64,000 nucleotides of DNA from Mucilaginibacter sp. (GCF_965201005.1 NZ_OZ241747.1:572000-635999), one strand, 5' to 3'; positions 1 to 8,679 are shown, counted from the first letter of the stretch. Numbers and translations: made by a program. Notes: generated from the sequence alone by a model not told the origin.

Positions 1-401
1 TTATTATTGTTGGCGGCATCGTTCAGCAGTTCCATTTGTTTTTCAACGGTCAGGCCAAAGGTTTTATCTACCCATAGTTCGGCCTCGGTCAAAATCTGTC
101 CGCCTTTGGCTTTAAGGGCCGGCAAAGTATCACCAAACTGGATAATCTGGGAAGATAAAAAATACAAAACCGCCGCTACAAAAACGATGAGGGTAAGCAA
201 CGTGAGCACAATGGCCAGCACTTTTGGGATTTTAAAAGTTTTGAGTTTGCTGTAAAACGGATTGAGCAAAATGGCCAGCAAAATGGCAAACGCCAGCGGC
301 ACCAATAAATCCGCGAGCAGATAAAGCATCATCACCAGCAGCGAAATGCCAAAAAGGATAGTGGTGGCTTTAAGGTAAAACGGATATTGTTTGATGAGCA
401 T
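1..401 (-). CDS. AI-2E family transporter (PerM/YhhT-like), N-terminal part; the rest lies beyond the window edge
   Basis: Absent from the ORF track because it has no stop in the window. The minus-strand frame is open from nt 1 up to an ATG (complement of 399-401). Translation MLIKQYPFYLKATTILFGISLLVMMLYLLADLLVPLAFAILLAILLNPFYSKLK... is a run of TM helices typical of this family. The + ORF 7..255 is its antisense shadow. Confidence 0.5.
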   Translation of the reverse strand, partial: MLIKQYPFYLKATTILFGISLLVMMLYLLADLLVPLAFAILLAILLNPFYSKLKTFKIPKVLAIVLTLLTLIVFVAAVLYFLSSQIIQFGDTLPALKAKGGQILTEAELWVDKTFGLTVEKQMELLNDAANNN

Positions 402-424
402 CCAGGCAGGTTTTTTGTATAAAA

Positions 425-540
425 ATGCTTCTTTTACGGTATAAAATCGGGCAGGTTCAAGCAGGGGCAGGTTCAAGCAGTCGGAAAGCATAACCGTTTA
501 TCCGGCACAAGGTTTATTTTATGCCGATAAAAGAAGCACC
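425..540. repeat. ATGCTTCTTTTA-family palindromic element (L...R pair, 116 bp)
   Basis: Left arm is ATGCTTCTTTTACGGTATAAAATCGGG (425-451). Right arm is TTATTTTATGCCGATAAAAGAAGCAC (515-540) and is its reverse complement apart from a few positions. The interior holds a tandem duplication of GCAGGTTCAAGCAG (451-464 and 467-480). Confidence 0.85.
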
Positions 541-543
541 ACT

Positions 544-825
544 TTAATCCACAGAAACGGTCAGTCCTTCCTGCTGCAAAATTTTGCGGTAAACTTCCAC
601 CTCGGTAAAAGAACCTTCCAAAATGGCGCATTTGCCTTTGGTGTGCACTTCCCAGGCAATTTTTTCGGCCTGGGCATCGTTGTAGTCCAAATATTTAACC
701 AGGCAATAAATCACATGCTCAAAAGAGTTGACCTCGTCGTTCCACAAAATCAGGCGGTGGCTTTCTTTCAAACCGGCCAGCAACTCCTCCAGCGTGAAGC
801 TTTCCTCTTTAACCTCTGTTGACAT
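544..825 (-). CDS. clpS: ATP-dependent Clp protease adaptor ClpS
   Basis: 93-aa ORF with the ClpS core ...LILWNDEVNSFEHVIYCLVKYL...AEKIAWEVHTKGKCAILEGSFTEVEVY... Confidence 0.9.
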   Translation of the reverse strand: MSTEVKEESFTLEELLAGLKESHRLILWNDEVNSFEHVIYCLVKYLDYNDAQAEKIAWEVHTKGKCAILEGSFTEVEVYRKILQQEGLTVSVD

Positions 826-928
826 AGCGCAAATTTAATAAAAATTAAAACCTGATATTTAGCAAAAATCAGATAAACCCCGGTTGTTTAAAATTGTCTC
901 TAAACTGAAAAATTATATTTAACAAAAA

Positions 929-1753
929 ATGAAAACTGCTTCTGTTTTATGGTTGATGGCCGGCTGTTTCGGCAGTGTTTTTACGGCCGGTGCACAATCA
1001 AAATCCATTAAAAACCTCAAAAAGTCAAACCAAAATATTGTGGTTGACGGCCAGTTGAAAGATTGGGGCGATAGTCTGGATTATTATAACCCGGGAAAAA
1101 AGCTGCATTACGGGCTGGCCGAAAACCAGGAGAACCTGTATTTTGCGATCCGGATAGAAGACCGCGGGCAGCAGGAGCAGGCCATGCGCAACGGCATTAC
1201 GCTGGCTTTTAACCCCGAAGGAAAAAAGAAGGAAACGTACAGTTTAACTTTTCCTTCGCCCGATCAGGACGAGAACAGCCTGTTTATCATGCCAAAAGCC
1301 GATCATGCCATTACCGAACAGCAATTAAAGCAGGAAGACCTGGAAGAGCACCGCAAAGCCGATTTGCTGAAACTGCGCGATATCCGGGTTAAAGGTTTCC
1401 CCGATGTGGAAACAGACCACATCACCACCGCCAATACTTATGGCATAAAAACAGTATTGCAGTTTGATGATGGCGGCGCACTGGTGTATGAAGCGGCGAT
1501 TCCGGTAAAAATGCTGCACTCGGATCTTACCAGCAAACCCTGGGTTTTTGATATCAGGATCAACAGTTTTAATCCCAATAGTAACAAAGACGGCTTAAAA
1601 CCACCCGGTGAAAATGGCGGCATGAACGGCGGCGGAATGCGTGGCGGCGGTATGCGCGGCGGCCGGGGCGGGATAGGCAATATCGGAAACCCTTCCGATG
1701 GGCAGGGCAATGCCGGTAAAGCAGTGGAGATCAGGGATAAATTTGTGTGGTAA
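929..1753 (+). CDS. secreted hypothetical protein with a Gly/Met/Arg-rich C-terminus
   Basis: Has an N-terminal signal peptide (MKTASVLWLMAGCFGSVFTAGAQ) and a low-complexity tail GGMNGGGMRGGGMRGGRGG. The TAA stop lies inside a repeat arm (GGTAAAAGAAGCAT). Confidence 0.6.
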   Translation: MKTASVLWLMAGCFGSVFTAGAQSKSIKNLKKSNQNIVVDGQLKDWGDSLDYYNPGKKLHYGLAENQENLYFAIRIEDRGQQEQAMRNGITLAFNPEGKKKETYSLTFPSPDQDENSLFIMPKADHAITEQQLKQEDLEEHRKADLLKLRDIRVKGFPDVETDHITTANTYGIKTVLQFDDGGALVYEAAIPVKMLHSDLTSKPWVFDIRINSFNPNSNKDGLKPPGENGGMNGGGMRGGGMRGGRGGIGNIGNPSDGQGNAGKAVEIRDKFVW

Positions 1754-2000
1754 AAGAAGCATCAGCTTAAACTTGACGAAATTATTTTTGCGCTCGAAAA
1801 AGGCAATAATAAAAGGCTTGGAATAGAAAAATTAACTGAAGAAGAGCTTGATGTGCTAAAAGAAGAATATAATCTGGAGGAAGAATTTGAAAATACTTGT
1901 AGTAAGCAAGTTACATGAACTGATCGTATTGAACCAAGCAGCAAAAAGCCGTTTCATCATCACTTGAAACGGCTTTTTGCTGATGCTTCTTTTACCACCT
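1749..2000. repeat. inverted pair of ATGCTTCTTTTA-family arms (R...L) bracketing a 215-bp AT-rich insert
   Basis: GGTAAAAGAAGCATCAGC (1749-1766) and GCTGATGCTTCTTTTACC (1979-1996) form an exact 18-bp inverted repeat. A degenerate third arm, GTGCTAAAAGAAGAAT, sits at 1851-1866. Confidence 0.85.
1943..1978. terminator. bidirectional rho-independent terminator between convergent genes
   Basis: 13-bp stem AAAAAGCCGTTTC / GAAACGGCTTTTT with a 10-nt loop. The A-run on one side and T-run on the other let it serve 929..1753 (+) and 2006..4720 (-). Confidence 0.75.
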
Positions 2001-2005
2001 AAAAA

Positions 2006-4720
2006 TCACTCTACTTTATAGTGATAAACCTCCCGCGCCAAATTTCCTTCATCATCAATGCCTTCAATTACAACGCGGTACGTGGCTTTGCTGTCCGCAT
2101 TAAAAAAGCTGAAACTGGCTTTTCCGGCTGCATCGGTAATTAAATTTGGTTTCCAATAAATTGTGGTGCGCAAATCGGCCACCACTTTATTGGTTTTCGG
2201 ATCGTCGTACTGCGGCGAATAAAATTCTTTGGTATTGGTAAACCCTTTTGGGCTATACGTTACAATTCCGGGCGTGTAAATCTGGCTGACATAACTCGGG
2301 TCGTTGCCGCGCCGGGTAGTAATCAGCAAAACGCCGCCGCCGCCGCGGCCACCATAAATAGCCGTATAACCGCCGGAGCGCAACACTTCAATCGTGGCTA
2401 CATCTGTCGGCGGGATAGATTGCAGGTAATTAGAATCTACATAAACGCCGTCTAAAATTATCTGCATCGGCTGGTTAAAACTGCGGGTAGAATAAGGGAT
2501 TCCTCCCCGGAAAATCACGCCCAGCAATCGGCCTTGCAAGCACTGATCTATCGTGGCACAACCCATTTGCCTGAAAATATCGCCGTTCACAATCTGATCG
2601 GCATTGCCCGAACCGTTTAAGTTTGCTGAGTTTTTTACCGGTTCTTTTTTCTCCGAAATCGTTACTTCTTTCAAAATGATCGTCCGGTTTACCAAGCCGT
2701 ATTTGCGCAAATCATCGTATTGTATTTTGCTGTTGCGCAGGTAACCGGCCAGTTCTGTATCCAGGTTAACGGAAACATCCGGTGCATTTTTGTTTTTGGT
2801 GACAAATTGTGGCGGAACATTGTCCAGCGTTACTTCCACATTTTTTCGTCCGCTGGCACCGCGCGCCTGGATCACAAAGCGGATGCTGTCGGGGAAAATC
2901 AGATTATCAAACTTAAACCGGCCATTGGCATCGGTTACCGTATCCAGCAAAAACGCACCTTTTGTGGTGGTAAACAGGGTAACCTTGCTTTTGGCCAGTG
3001 GTTTGCCGCCTAAAGTTTTTACAAAACCCGAAATCTCCATTGATTTTTCAGGCTGAAAAGTAATTGGCGGGAAACTATTGCCCATCAGCAGCGACCAGGC
3101 AAAACGACGATAACCCTGCGTCAGCATCAGCACATCCAGATCGGCCTGGGTTTTTTCGGTTGGATGAGCAAAATAATAATTTGGCTGCTCAATGTACCCT
3201 TTGATATCCGAAGTTAAAAGCAAATCAGACAAGATCGTGTTTTCCTTGTTTTCATCCACCGGCATCTTCGTTTCATCCGTAACCGCTACCGAAAAACTGC
3301 CCACAACCGGTGCTTTTGCTTTGTTTAGCACGGTAAAATTAAGGTCAACTTTTTGCCGGGGCGACGTGGTTTCGGGTGAGGAAACGGCCACATTTAACTG
3401 ATCAGGATTTTGTATGAAGATGATGCGTTCGTTCATCGGCTGGCCTTCCTGCGTAAACAGCGTAAACTGTGCAATCCCCGAAGGAAACCTGTTTTTTGGG
3501 ATTTTGGCCGAAAACGACTGACTTAGTAACTGACTTTTGGCCGTATAATAAACATCGCCGCCGGATTGGCCGATCACCATAATTTCTGTGCCTTGTTTTT
3601 GTTTGAAGGTTTCGTTGCTCACATTGATGCGGATGTTGATAAACTCCGGATCGCTGTTTAAAGCCAGCACAAAACCCTGATCGGAAGCTTTTGGCAGTTC
3701 CAGTGTTTTTGCAGAACCATCCGGAAAAGTGATTTTGGCCGAATAACTTTTGCCGCTTTCCGGGAAAAGCGAAAACGCGCCCATGCCCAAATGCTGCGTA
3801 CTGATTTTGGCAACTTTAACATTAGCATTGCTAACAACGCTGCCTGTAATATCCACGCCCAAACCATCGGCACCAACCGCTTTAAACGCCACTTTGCTGC
3901 GGATACCGTTGACCAGATTACCGCTTTCCGGAAAAAACTGCACATCCACATCGCTGGAAGTGGCCTTGATCGGTACTGTTTTTACCACTGTTTTTTTAGG
4001 ATCGGTGGTTAATGTGGTGATGATTTGCCCGGATTTTAAATTTCCCGGCTGCGGGTTACTAAAATTTAAACTGAGGTTTCCGCTGGCATCTGTGGTCCCT
4101 TTTCCTTTTAAAACCGTTTTAAAATCCAGCTGCACGCGGTAAGTTACCGGTTTATCTGCATAAGGTTTATTTTCGAGATCGGCATAATGGATCACCGCGT
4201 TGATCCTCTGCAAACCGTTTTCTGCAATAAATTTGTAATTTACCGTGGTAAAAACAGTATTGGAAATAGAATTGCCAACGCTAATGGTTTTATCAAAAAA
4301 ATAATCTTCGCTGAAATTACGCATCCATTGCGTGTATGCACGGATGCGGTAATTGCCTTCCTGCAACGTATCGGTAAGCGGGAAACTGCCCCAGCTGATG
4401 CCGGCCGTAAGCGGCAAACGCAGCGATTGTTTAATAGAATCTTTATCATTGATCAGTTCGACATACAGAATCTTGCTTAAACCCGAAGGCCGGTGTTTGC
4501 CGCCAATGGTGGTGTAAGCTTTAAAATAAATCTGATCACCGATGGCATAATAAGGTTTATCCAACTGGATATGAACCTTTTCTATCGGATAATTATCGGT
4601 AAATTTTTGCAGCTGCGTCAGTATTTTTTTTAGCGGGTCATCATCCTGCCGAACCGCAAAACCGGCAAATAGGATTGCAAAGAGCAGCAGCGCAACTGTT
4701 AAAAATTTCTTTGATTTCAT
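2006..4720 (-). CDS. large secreted protein with a carboxypeptidase-regulatory/MG2-like N-terminal region and a TonB-dependent-receptor Plug-like domain
   Basis: 904-aa ORF with signal peptide MKSKKFLTVALLLFAILFAGFA. The C-terminal third carries a Plug-like segment (...QIILDGVYVD...VATIEVLRSGGYTAIYGGRGGGGVLLITTRRG). No full beta-barrel is apparent. Confidence 0.7.
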   Translation of the reverse strand: MKSKKFLTVALLLFAILFAGFAVRQDDDPLKKILTQLQKFTDNYPIEKVHIQLDKPYYAIGDQIYFKAYTTIGGKHRPSGLSKILYVELINDKDSIKQSLRLPLTAGISWGSFPLTDTLQEGNYRIRAYTQWMRNFSEDYFFDKTISVGNSISNTVFTTVNYKFIAENGLQRINAVIHYADLENKPYADKPVTYRVQLDFKTVLKGKGTTDASGNLSLNFSNPQPGNLKSGQIITTLTTDPKKTVVKTVPIKATSSDVDVQFFPESGNLVNGIRSKVAFKAVGADGLGVDITGSVVSNANVKVAKISTQHLGMGAFSLFPESGKSYSAKITFPDGSAKTLELPKASDQGFVLALNSDPEFINIRINVSNETFKQKQGTEIMVIGQSGGDVYYTAKSQLLSQSFSAKIPKNRFPSGIAQFTLFTQEGQPMNERIIFIQNPDQLNVAVSSPETTSPRQKVDLNFTVLNKAKAPVVGSFSVAVTDETKMPVDENKENTILSDLLLTSDIKGYIEQPNYYFAHPTEKTQADLDVLMLTQGYRRFAWSLLMGNSFPPITFQPEKSMEISGFVKTLGGKPLAKSKVTLFTTTKGAFLLDTVTDANGRFKFDNLIFPDSIRFVIQARGASGRKNVEVTLDNVPPQFVTKNKNAPDVSVNLDTELAGYLRNSKIQYDDLRKYGLVNRTIILKEVTISEKKEPVKNSANLNGSGNADQIVNGDIFRQMGCATIDQCLQGRLLGVIFRGGIPYSTRSFNQPMQIILDGVYVDSNYLQSIPPTDVATIEVLRSGGYTAIYGGRGGGGVLLITTRRGNDPSYVSQIYTPGIVTYSPKGFTNTKEFYSPQYDDPKTNKVVADLRTTIYWKPNLITDAAGKASFSFFNADSKATYRVVIEGIDDEGNLAREVYHYKVE

Positions 4721-4801
4721 GGTTTCAACAAAAAGAAAATCGGGATAAAATAGTAAACATGTTTTTCCTGTAAATGTTGCTGCACGCCAATCAGATCAGC
4801 G

Positions 4802-5338
4802 TTAAAAAATATTTTTCCACATCATGCTTTCTACCGGCCTGGTGGTTGGTTTACTGTATTTTGCGTTGGCTTTTGTGTTGTACATCGTTTCAATTTCGCC
4901 TTCTACCACAAAGTAAATCAGCTGTCCGATCGGCATCCCCGGATAAATTTTCACCGGCTGCGTTACCGAAATTTCCAGCGTCCAGGTATTGCAAAAACCC
5001 ACATCGCCTTTGCCCGCCGTGGCGTGGATATCAATGCCCAAACGGCCGGTACTGCTTTTACCCTCTAAAAAAGGCACATGGCGGTGGGTTTCGGTATATT
5101 CCACTGTTACGCCGAGATATAAAGTGTTGGGCTGAAGCAAAAAACCTTCTTTCGGGATTTCAAAATGATCGATTTCGTTATGTTGTTTGGCATCCAGCAC
5201 ACGGTTGCGGTACGTGGCCAGGTATTTTCCCAAATGCACATCATAAGAATTTGTGCCGAGGCAGGCCGAGTCAAAAGGTTCAATAATAATCGTCCCTTTT
5301 TCTATTTCCTGTAAAATAAGTTTGTCTGATAAGATCAT
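4802..5338 (-). CDS. dcd: dCTP deaminase
   Basis: 178 aa with MILSD..I...IE.G.I.IEPF and the conserved FLEGKSSTGRLGI and WTLEI motifs. Confidence 0.9.
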   Translation of the reverse strand: MILSDKLILQEIEKGTIIIEPFDSACLGTNSYDVHLGKYLATYRNRVLDAKQHNEIDHFEIPKEGFLLQPNTLYLGVTVEYTETHRHVPFLEGKSSTGRLGIDIHATAGKGDVGFCNTWTLEISVTQPVKIYPGMPIGQLIYFVVEGEIETMYNTKANAKYSKPTTRPVESMMWKNIF

Positions 5339-5409
5339 AGCTGCAAAAATGCGGAACCGAAATTAAAGTATTTTAAAGGATATTGCCATCCTTTTCGCAA
5401 CTTTACTTT

Positions 5410-6051
5410 ATGGGGATTGCATACCGGAAAAAGGTGGACGACAACACCGAATTTGCCCTTTGGAAAATTGAAGAAAATGCCGAAGAACTTTACAAACAAT
5501 TACAGCTGGACGCGGCCGAAAAAGCATTTGCCCAGCAACTGAGCAGCAGCAAACGCTATCTGCACTGGCTGGGCACGCGCGTGCTGCTGCGCAAACTGCT
5601 AAACACCGAAGAATATATTGATTGCCAGGTTGATGCACACGGAAAACCTTATTTAACCTCGCTGCCGTATCATATTTCGCTGAGCCATTCTTATGATTAT
5701 GCGGCGGTGATGATCAGCAAAAACAAAGCGGTTGGCATCGATATAGAAAAAATCGAACAGAAAGTGGAGCGCATCGCCCGCAAATTTATACGTCCCGAAG
5801 AAATGGCTTTTATCAGCCCGGACGATAAAATCAACCAGTTGTATGCCTGCTGGTGCGCCAAAGAAGCAGTTTACAAATGTTATGGCCGCAAAGAAATTTC
5901 GTTTTTAAACCATATTATTTTAACGGATTTTGTTTGCTGCGATGCCGGAACGATTGCTGCGGAAATAAAAACTGACACCATTGATTTGAATTTTAAGGTA
6001 GAATATTTGCAGTTTAACGGTTATATGATCGGTTATGCGAAGGAGGTTTGA
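5410..6051 (+). CDS. 4'-phosphopantetheinyl transferase (Sfp-type)
   Basis: Motifs ISLSHSYDYAAV, GIDIEKI and W.AKEAVYK are present. The ORF track starts at TTG 5383, but the ATG at 5410 (MGIAYRK...) is the more likely start. Confidence 0.75.
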   Translation: MGIAYRKKVDDNTEFALWKIEENAEELYKQLQLDAAEKAFAQQLSSSKRYLHWLGTRVLLRKLLNTEEYIDCQVDAHGKPYLTSLPYHISLSHSYDYAAVMISKNKAVGIDIEKIEQKVERIARKFIRPEEMAFISPDDKINQLYACWCAKEAVYKCYGRKEISFLNHIILTDFVCCDAGTIAAEIKTDTIDLNFKVEYLQFNGYMIGYAKEV

Positions 6052-6165
6052 AGCGGTGCGGAGGTTTGGGGCAAGAGGTATCAGCAATCAGCCGACCTTG
6101 TTTATTTTTGACCTTCACTTTTTCATGCCTCTAACCCCGTACCTCATACCTCTCACCTCTAACCT

Positions 6166-6888
6166 ATGAAAAACAAGCAAGTATTCTTCGAGGATTGGGG
6201 CTTAATCGATTACAAAGAAGCCTGGGACAGGCAGGAAGCGATTTTTGCCGCCACCGTAAAACTGAAAACCGAACTGCGCAACCGCGGCGAAAACGATGCT
6301 TCTTTTACAGGCATAAAAACAGTAACGCACAATTATCTGATTTTTTGCGAACACCCGCACGTTTATACGCTGGGCAAAAGCGGCAAAAAAGAACATCTTC
6401 TATTGACCGAAGACCAACTTGCCGAAAAACATGCAGTTTTTTACCCGATCAACCGTGGCGGCGATATTACGTACCACGGGCCGGGGCAGTTGGTGGTTTA
6501 TCCGATTTTAGATTTGGACAACTTTTTTACCGATATCCATTTATATCTGCGCACTTTGGAGGAAGCCGTGATTTTGACTTTGGCTGATTTTGGCATCCCA
6601 GGCGGGCGTTATCCGGGTTATACCGGCGTTTGGCTTGATGCCGATGATCCGCAGAAAGCCCGTAAAATCTGTGCCCTTGGCGTGCGCTGCAGTCGCTGGG
6701 TTACCATGCACGGTTTGGCTTTCAACATCAACCCAAACCTCGGTTATTTTAAAAATATCATCCCCTGCGGGATTGAAGACAAAGCCGTAACCTCAATGGA
6801 GCAGGAACTGGGCAAAAAAGTACCGGTAAAAGAAGCATCAGAAGTTTTGAAACGGCATTTGTACATTTTATTTGGGATGCTGGCATGA
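6166..6888 (+). CDS. lipB: lipoyl(octanoyl) transferase LipB
   Basis: Motifs EHPHVYTLGKSGK, INRGGDITYHGPGQLVVYPILDL and KICALGVR...TMHGLAFNI are present. It contains two repeat-family copies (6295-6326 and 6825-6839). Confidence 0.9.
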   Translation: MKNKQVFFEDWGLIDYKEAWDRQEAIFAATVKLKTELRNRGENDASFTGIKTVTHNYLIFCEHPHVYTLGKSGKKEHLLLTEDQLAEKHAVFYPINRGGDITYHGPGQLVVYPILDLDNFFTDIHLYLRTLEEAVILTLADFGIPGGRYPGYTGVWLDADDPQKARKICALGVRCSRWVTMHGLAFNINPNLGYFKNIIPCGIEDKAVTSMEQELGKKVPVKEASEVLKRHLYILFGMLA

Positions 6889-6994
6889 ATTTAAAAACAG
6901 TTTATCAGCGGTGGATATTAACAATTAGCTACCCTTGTTTAATTTATGGCTTATCCGATCGAAATGCTTTTCTCTAAAATAACCCCTTCTGTTA

Positions 6995-8344
6995 GTGGAA
7001 ACTAAAAAAACAACGTTCGCCAATGTGCTGGTAATAGATGACGAACAGAAGCTGGCCGCCCTGATTTCAAGAATACTGGAACTGGAAGGTTATCAGGTAT
7101 TTAAAGCTTTTACAGCAAAAGAAGGTTTAAAGATATTGGTGCTGGAGGAAATCCATGTGGTTATCAGCGATGTAAAATTACCTGATATCAACGGCGTTGA
7201 ACTGGTAAAATCAATCAAAGAAAAAAAGCCTTATGTAGAAGTCATCAACTTGACTGCTTATGGCACGATAGCAGATGGCGTGAAAGCTATCCAAAATGGC
7301 AGTTTTGATTATATCACCAAAGGGGACGATAACGATAAAATTATCCCGCTGGTTTTTAAGGCCGCCGAAAAGGCCCTGTTTCAGTTACGGAGGTTTAATA
7401 TGGAAAAGCGGTTGCACAACACCCGTGATTTTAAAGATATATTGGGCAAATCCAAAGCTATTTCAGCAGCAATTGATACCGCAAAAAAAGTATCGCCAAC
7501 GGATACCACGGTATTGCTGCTTGGGGAAACCGGAACAGGTAAAGAAGTATTTGCAGAAGCCATCCATTATAACAGTAACCGCCGGGCGCACGCTTTTGTG
7601 GCCGTAAATTGCAGTAGTTTTGCGCCCGAATTGCTGGAAAGCGAATTGTTTGGCTACAAAGCAGGTGCTTTTACCGGTGCCCAAAAAGATAAAAAAGGAC
7701 TGTTTGAGGAAGCGCATAACGGAACCATATTTTTGGATGAGATAGGGGAGATGGGCCTTCAGCTTCAGGCAAAGCTGTTGCGGGTGCTGGAAAGCCGGAC
7801 GTTTATCAAAATCGGGGATACGCAAACAACAAAAGTAAATATCCGCATACTGGCCGCCACTAACCGCGATTTGCAAAAAGAAGCAGATGAGGGCAATTTT
7901 CGCTTGGATTTATATTACCGCTTATCTGTTTTCACCATTTTATTGCCTTCTTTAAATGAACGGGGAAGTGATATCGAATTGTTTGCCAGATATTTTCTTG
8001 AAGAATTTTCTGCTAAGGTTGGCAAACGTATCGACAGGATGAGTGAAGGGTTTTTGCTCGCCCTTAAACAGCATAAATGGAAAGGGAACGTGCGCGAGTT
8101 AAAAAATGTGATAGAACGAGTGGCCATTCTGGCTGATGATGCGGTTATCGATACAGATTTATTACCGGTTGAATTCAGGATGGCAAATTTTGAAAAAGAA
8201 GCATTAGACCTGGAATCTACCGAAAAACAGCATATTTTAAAAGTTTTAAATCACGCGCATGGTAACAAAACTGAAGCTGCACGTTTACTAAACATCGGCC
8301 TTACCACCCTCTACCGCAAACTGGACCATTACAAGCTTTCCTGA
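6995..8344 (+). CDS. sigma-54-dependent response regulator (REC + AAA+ + Fis-type HTH), probable kdp regulator
   Basis: Receiver domain (VLVIDDE...ISDVKLPD), Walker A GETGTGKE, GAFTGA loop, and C-terminal HTH (AARLLNIGLTTLYRKL). It lies directly upstream of kdpFABC. The start is GTG. Confidence 0.9.
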   Translation: METKKTTFANVLVIDDEQKLAALISRILELEGYQVFKAFTAKEGLKILVLEEIHVVISDVKLPDINGVELVKSIKEKKPYVEVINLTAYGTIADGVKAIQNGSFDYITKGDDNDKIIPLVFKAAEKALFQLRRFNMEKRLHNTRDFKDILGKSKAISAAIDTAKKVSPTDTTVLLLGETGTGKEVFAEAIHYNSNRRAHAFVAVNCSSFAPELLESELFGYKAGAFTGAQKDKKGLFEEAHNGTIFLDEIGEMGLQLQAKLLRVLESRTFIKIGDTQTTKVNIRILAATNRDLQKEADEGNFRLDLYYRLSVFTILLPSLNERGSDIELFARYFLEEFSAKVGKRIDRMSEGFLLALKQHKWKGNVRELKNVIERVAILADDAVIDTDLLPVEFRMANFEKEALDLESTEKQHILKVLNHAHGNKTEAARLLNIGLTTLYRKLDHYKLS

Positions 8345-8361
8345 TAAACCCTTTCTTTATG

Positions 8362-8396
8362 AAAAAAAACCCTTCCATTTTGGAAGGGTTTTTTTG
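8362..8396 (+). terminator. rho-independent terminator after the response-regulator gene
   Basis: AAAAAAAACCCTTCCA-TTT-TGGAAGGGTTTTTTT is a perfect stem followed by a T-run. Confidence 0.85.
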
Positions 8397-8503
8397 TTAA
8401 AAATAATTAAGGTATAAATTATTTTACTGATAATAAGGGAGTTAAGAAACAGTTTTCGATCTGGTTCTGGTTTTGGACAAGGCTTTTCCAAAATCATCAA
8501 ACT

Positions 8504-8587
8504 ATGCTCACAATCTTGTTGTTCCTGGCACTGCTTATTAGCTGCTATTTTATTTTTAAAGCAATCGACTGGTTCGAAAAAATCTGA
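8504..8587 (+). CDS. 27-aa hydrophobic micro-ORF upstream of kdpF (possible leader or small membrane peptide)
   Basis: The ORF runs from ATG to TGA and encodes MLTILLFLALLISCYFIFKAIDWFEKI. It ends 4 nt before kdpF. No homology is recognised and it is below the ORF-track size cutoff. Confidence 0.25.
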   Translation: MLTILLFLALLISCYFIFKAIDWFEKI

Positions 8588-8591
8588 AATT

Positions 8592-8669
8592 ATGTTACTA
8601 CTATTCATCATCTCTATCGCAGTATTTATCTACATGATCTATGTACTGCTTAAACCTGAAAAATTTTAA
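8592..8669 (+). CDS. kdpF: K+-transporting ATPase subunit F
   Basis: 25-aa ORF MLLLFIISIAVFIYMIYVLLKPEKF. It has the single TM helix plus the (Y)xLLxPExF ending typical of KdpF and ends 10 nt before kdpA. Confidence 0.7.
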   Translation: MLLLFIISIAVFIYMIYVLLKPEKF

Positions 8670-8679
8670 CTGAAGTACA

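Noticed and set aside
7-255. The + strand ORF (82 aa) at the window start, and many similar 60-140-aa ORFs in the track that lie antisense to or out of frame within large genes (for example 1438..1710, 2720..3013, 7463..7876, 10704..11120, 20763..21149, 53517..53861).
   Set aside because: They sit wholly inside longer ORFs with clear family motifs on the opposite strand or in another frame. They have odd composition (Arg/Cys/Pro-rich) and no recognisable motifs. 7..255 is the shadow of the truncated AI-2E transporter gene.
5049-5075. A repeat-like string, GGTACTGCTTTTACCCTCTAAAAAAGG, inside dcd.
   Set aside because: It encodes the universally conserved dCTP-deaminase motif FLEGKSSTG and differs from the repeat consensus at several core positions. 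Protein constraint plus A/T-rich codon usage explains it adequately.
7664-7680. A repeat-like GGTGCTTTTACCGGTGC in the sigma-54 response regulator. Similar weak matches lie at 10238-10256 in kdpA and 11811-11828 in kdpB.
   Set aside because: The first encodes the GAFTGA loop, which is diagnostic of sigma-54 activators. The kdp matches encode conserved AQKK and GIKTVM segments. The resemblance to the repeat may be coincidental or only codon-level, so none were counted as exact copies.
8526-8542. A sigma-54 -24/-12 promoter candidate, TGGCACTGCTTATTAGC, upstream of kdpF/kdpA.
   Set aside because: The GG-to-GC spacing is 14 nt instead of the canonical 10, and the -12 TTGC is absent. I reported it only as an open question in the kdp finding.
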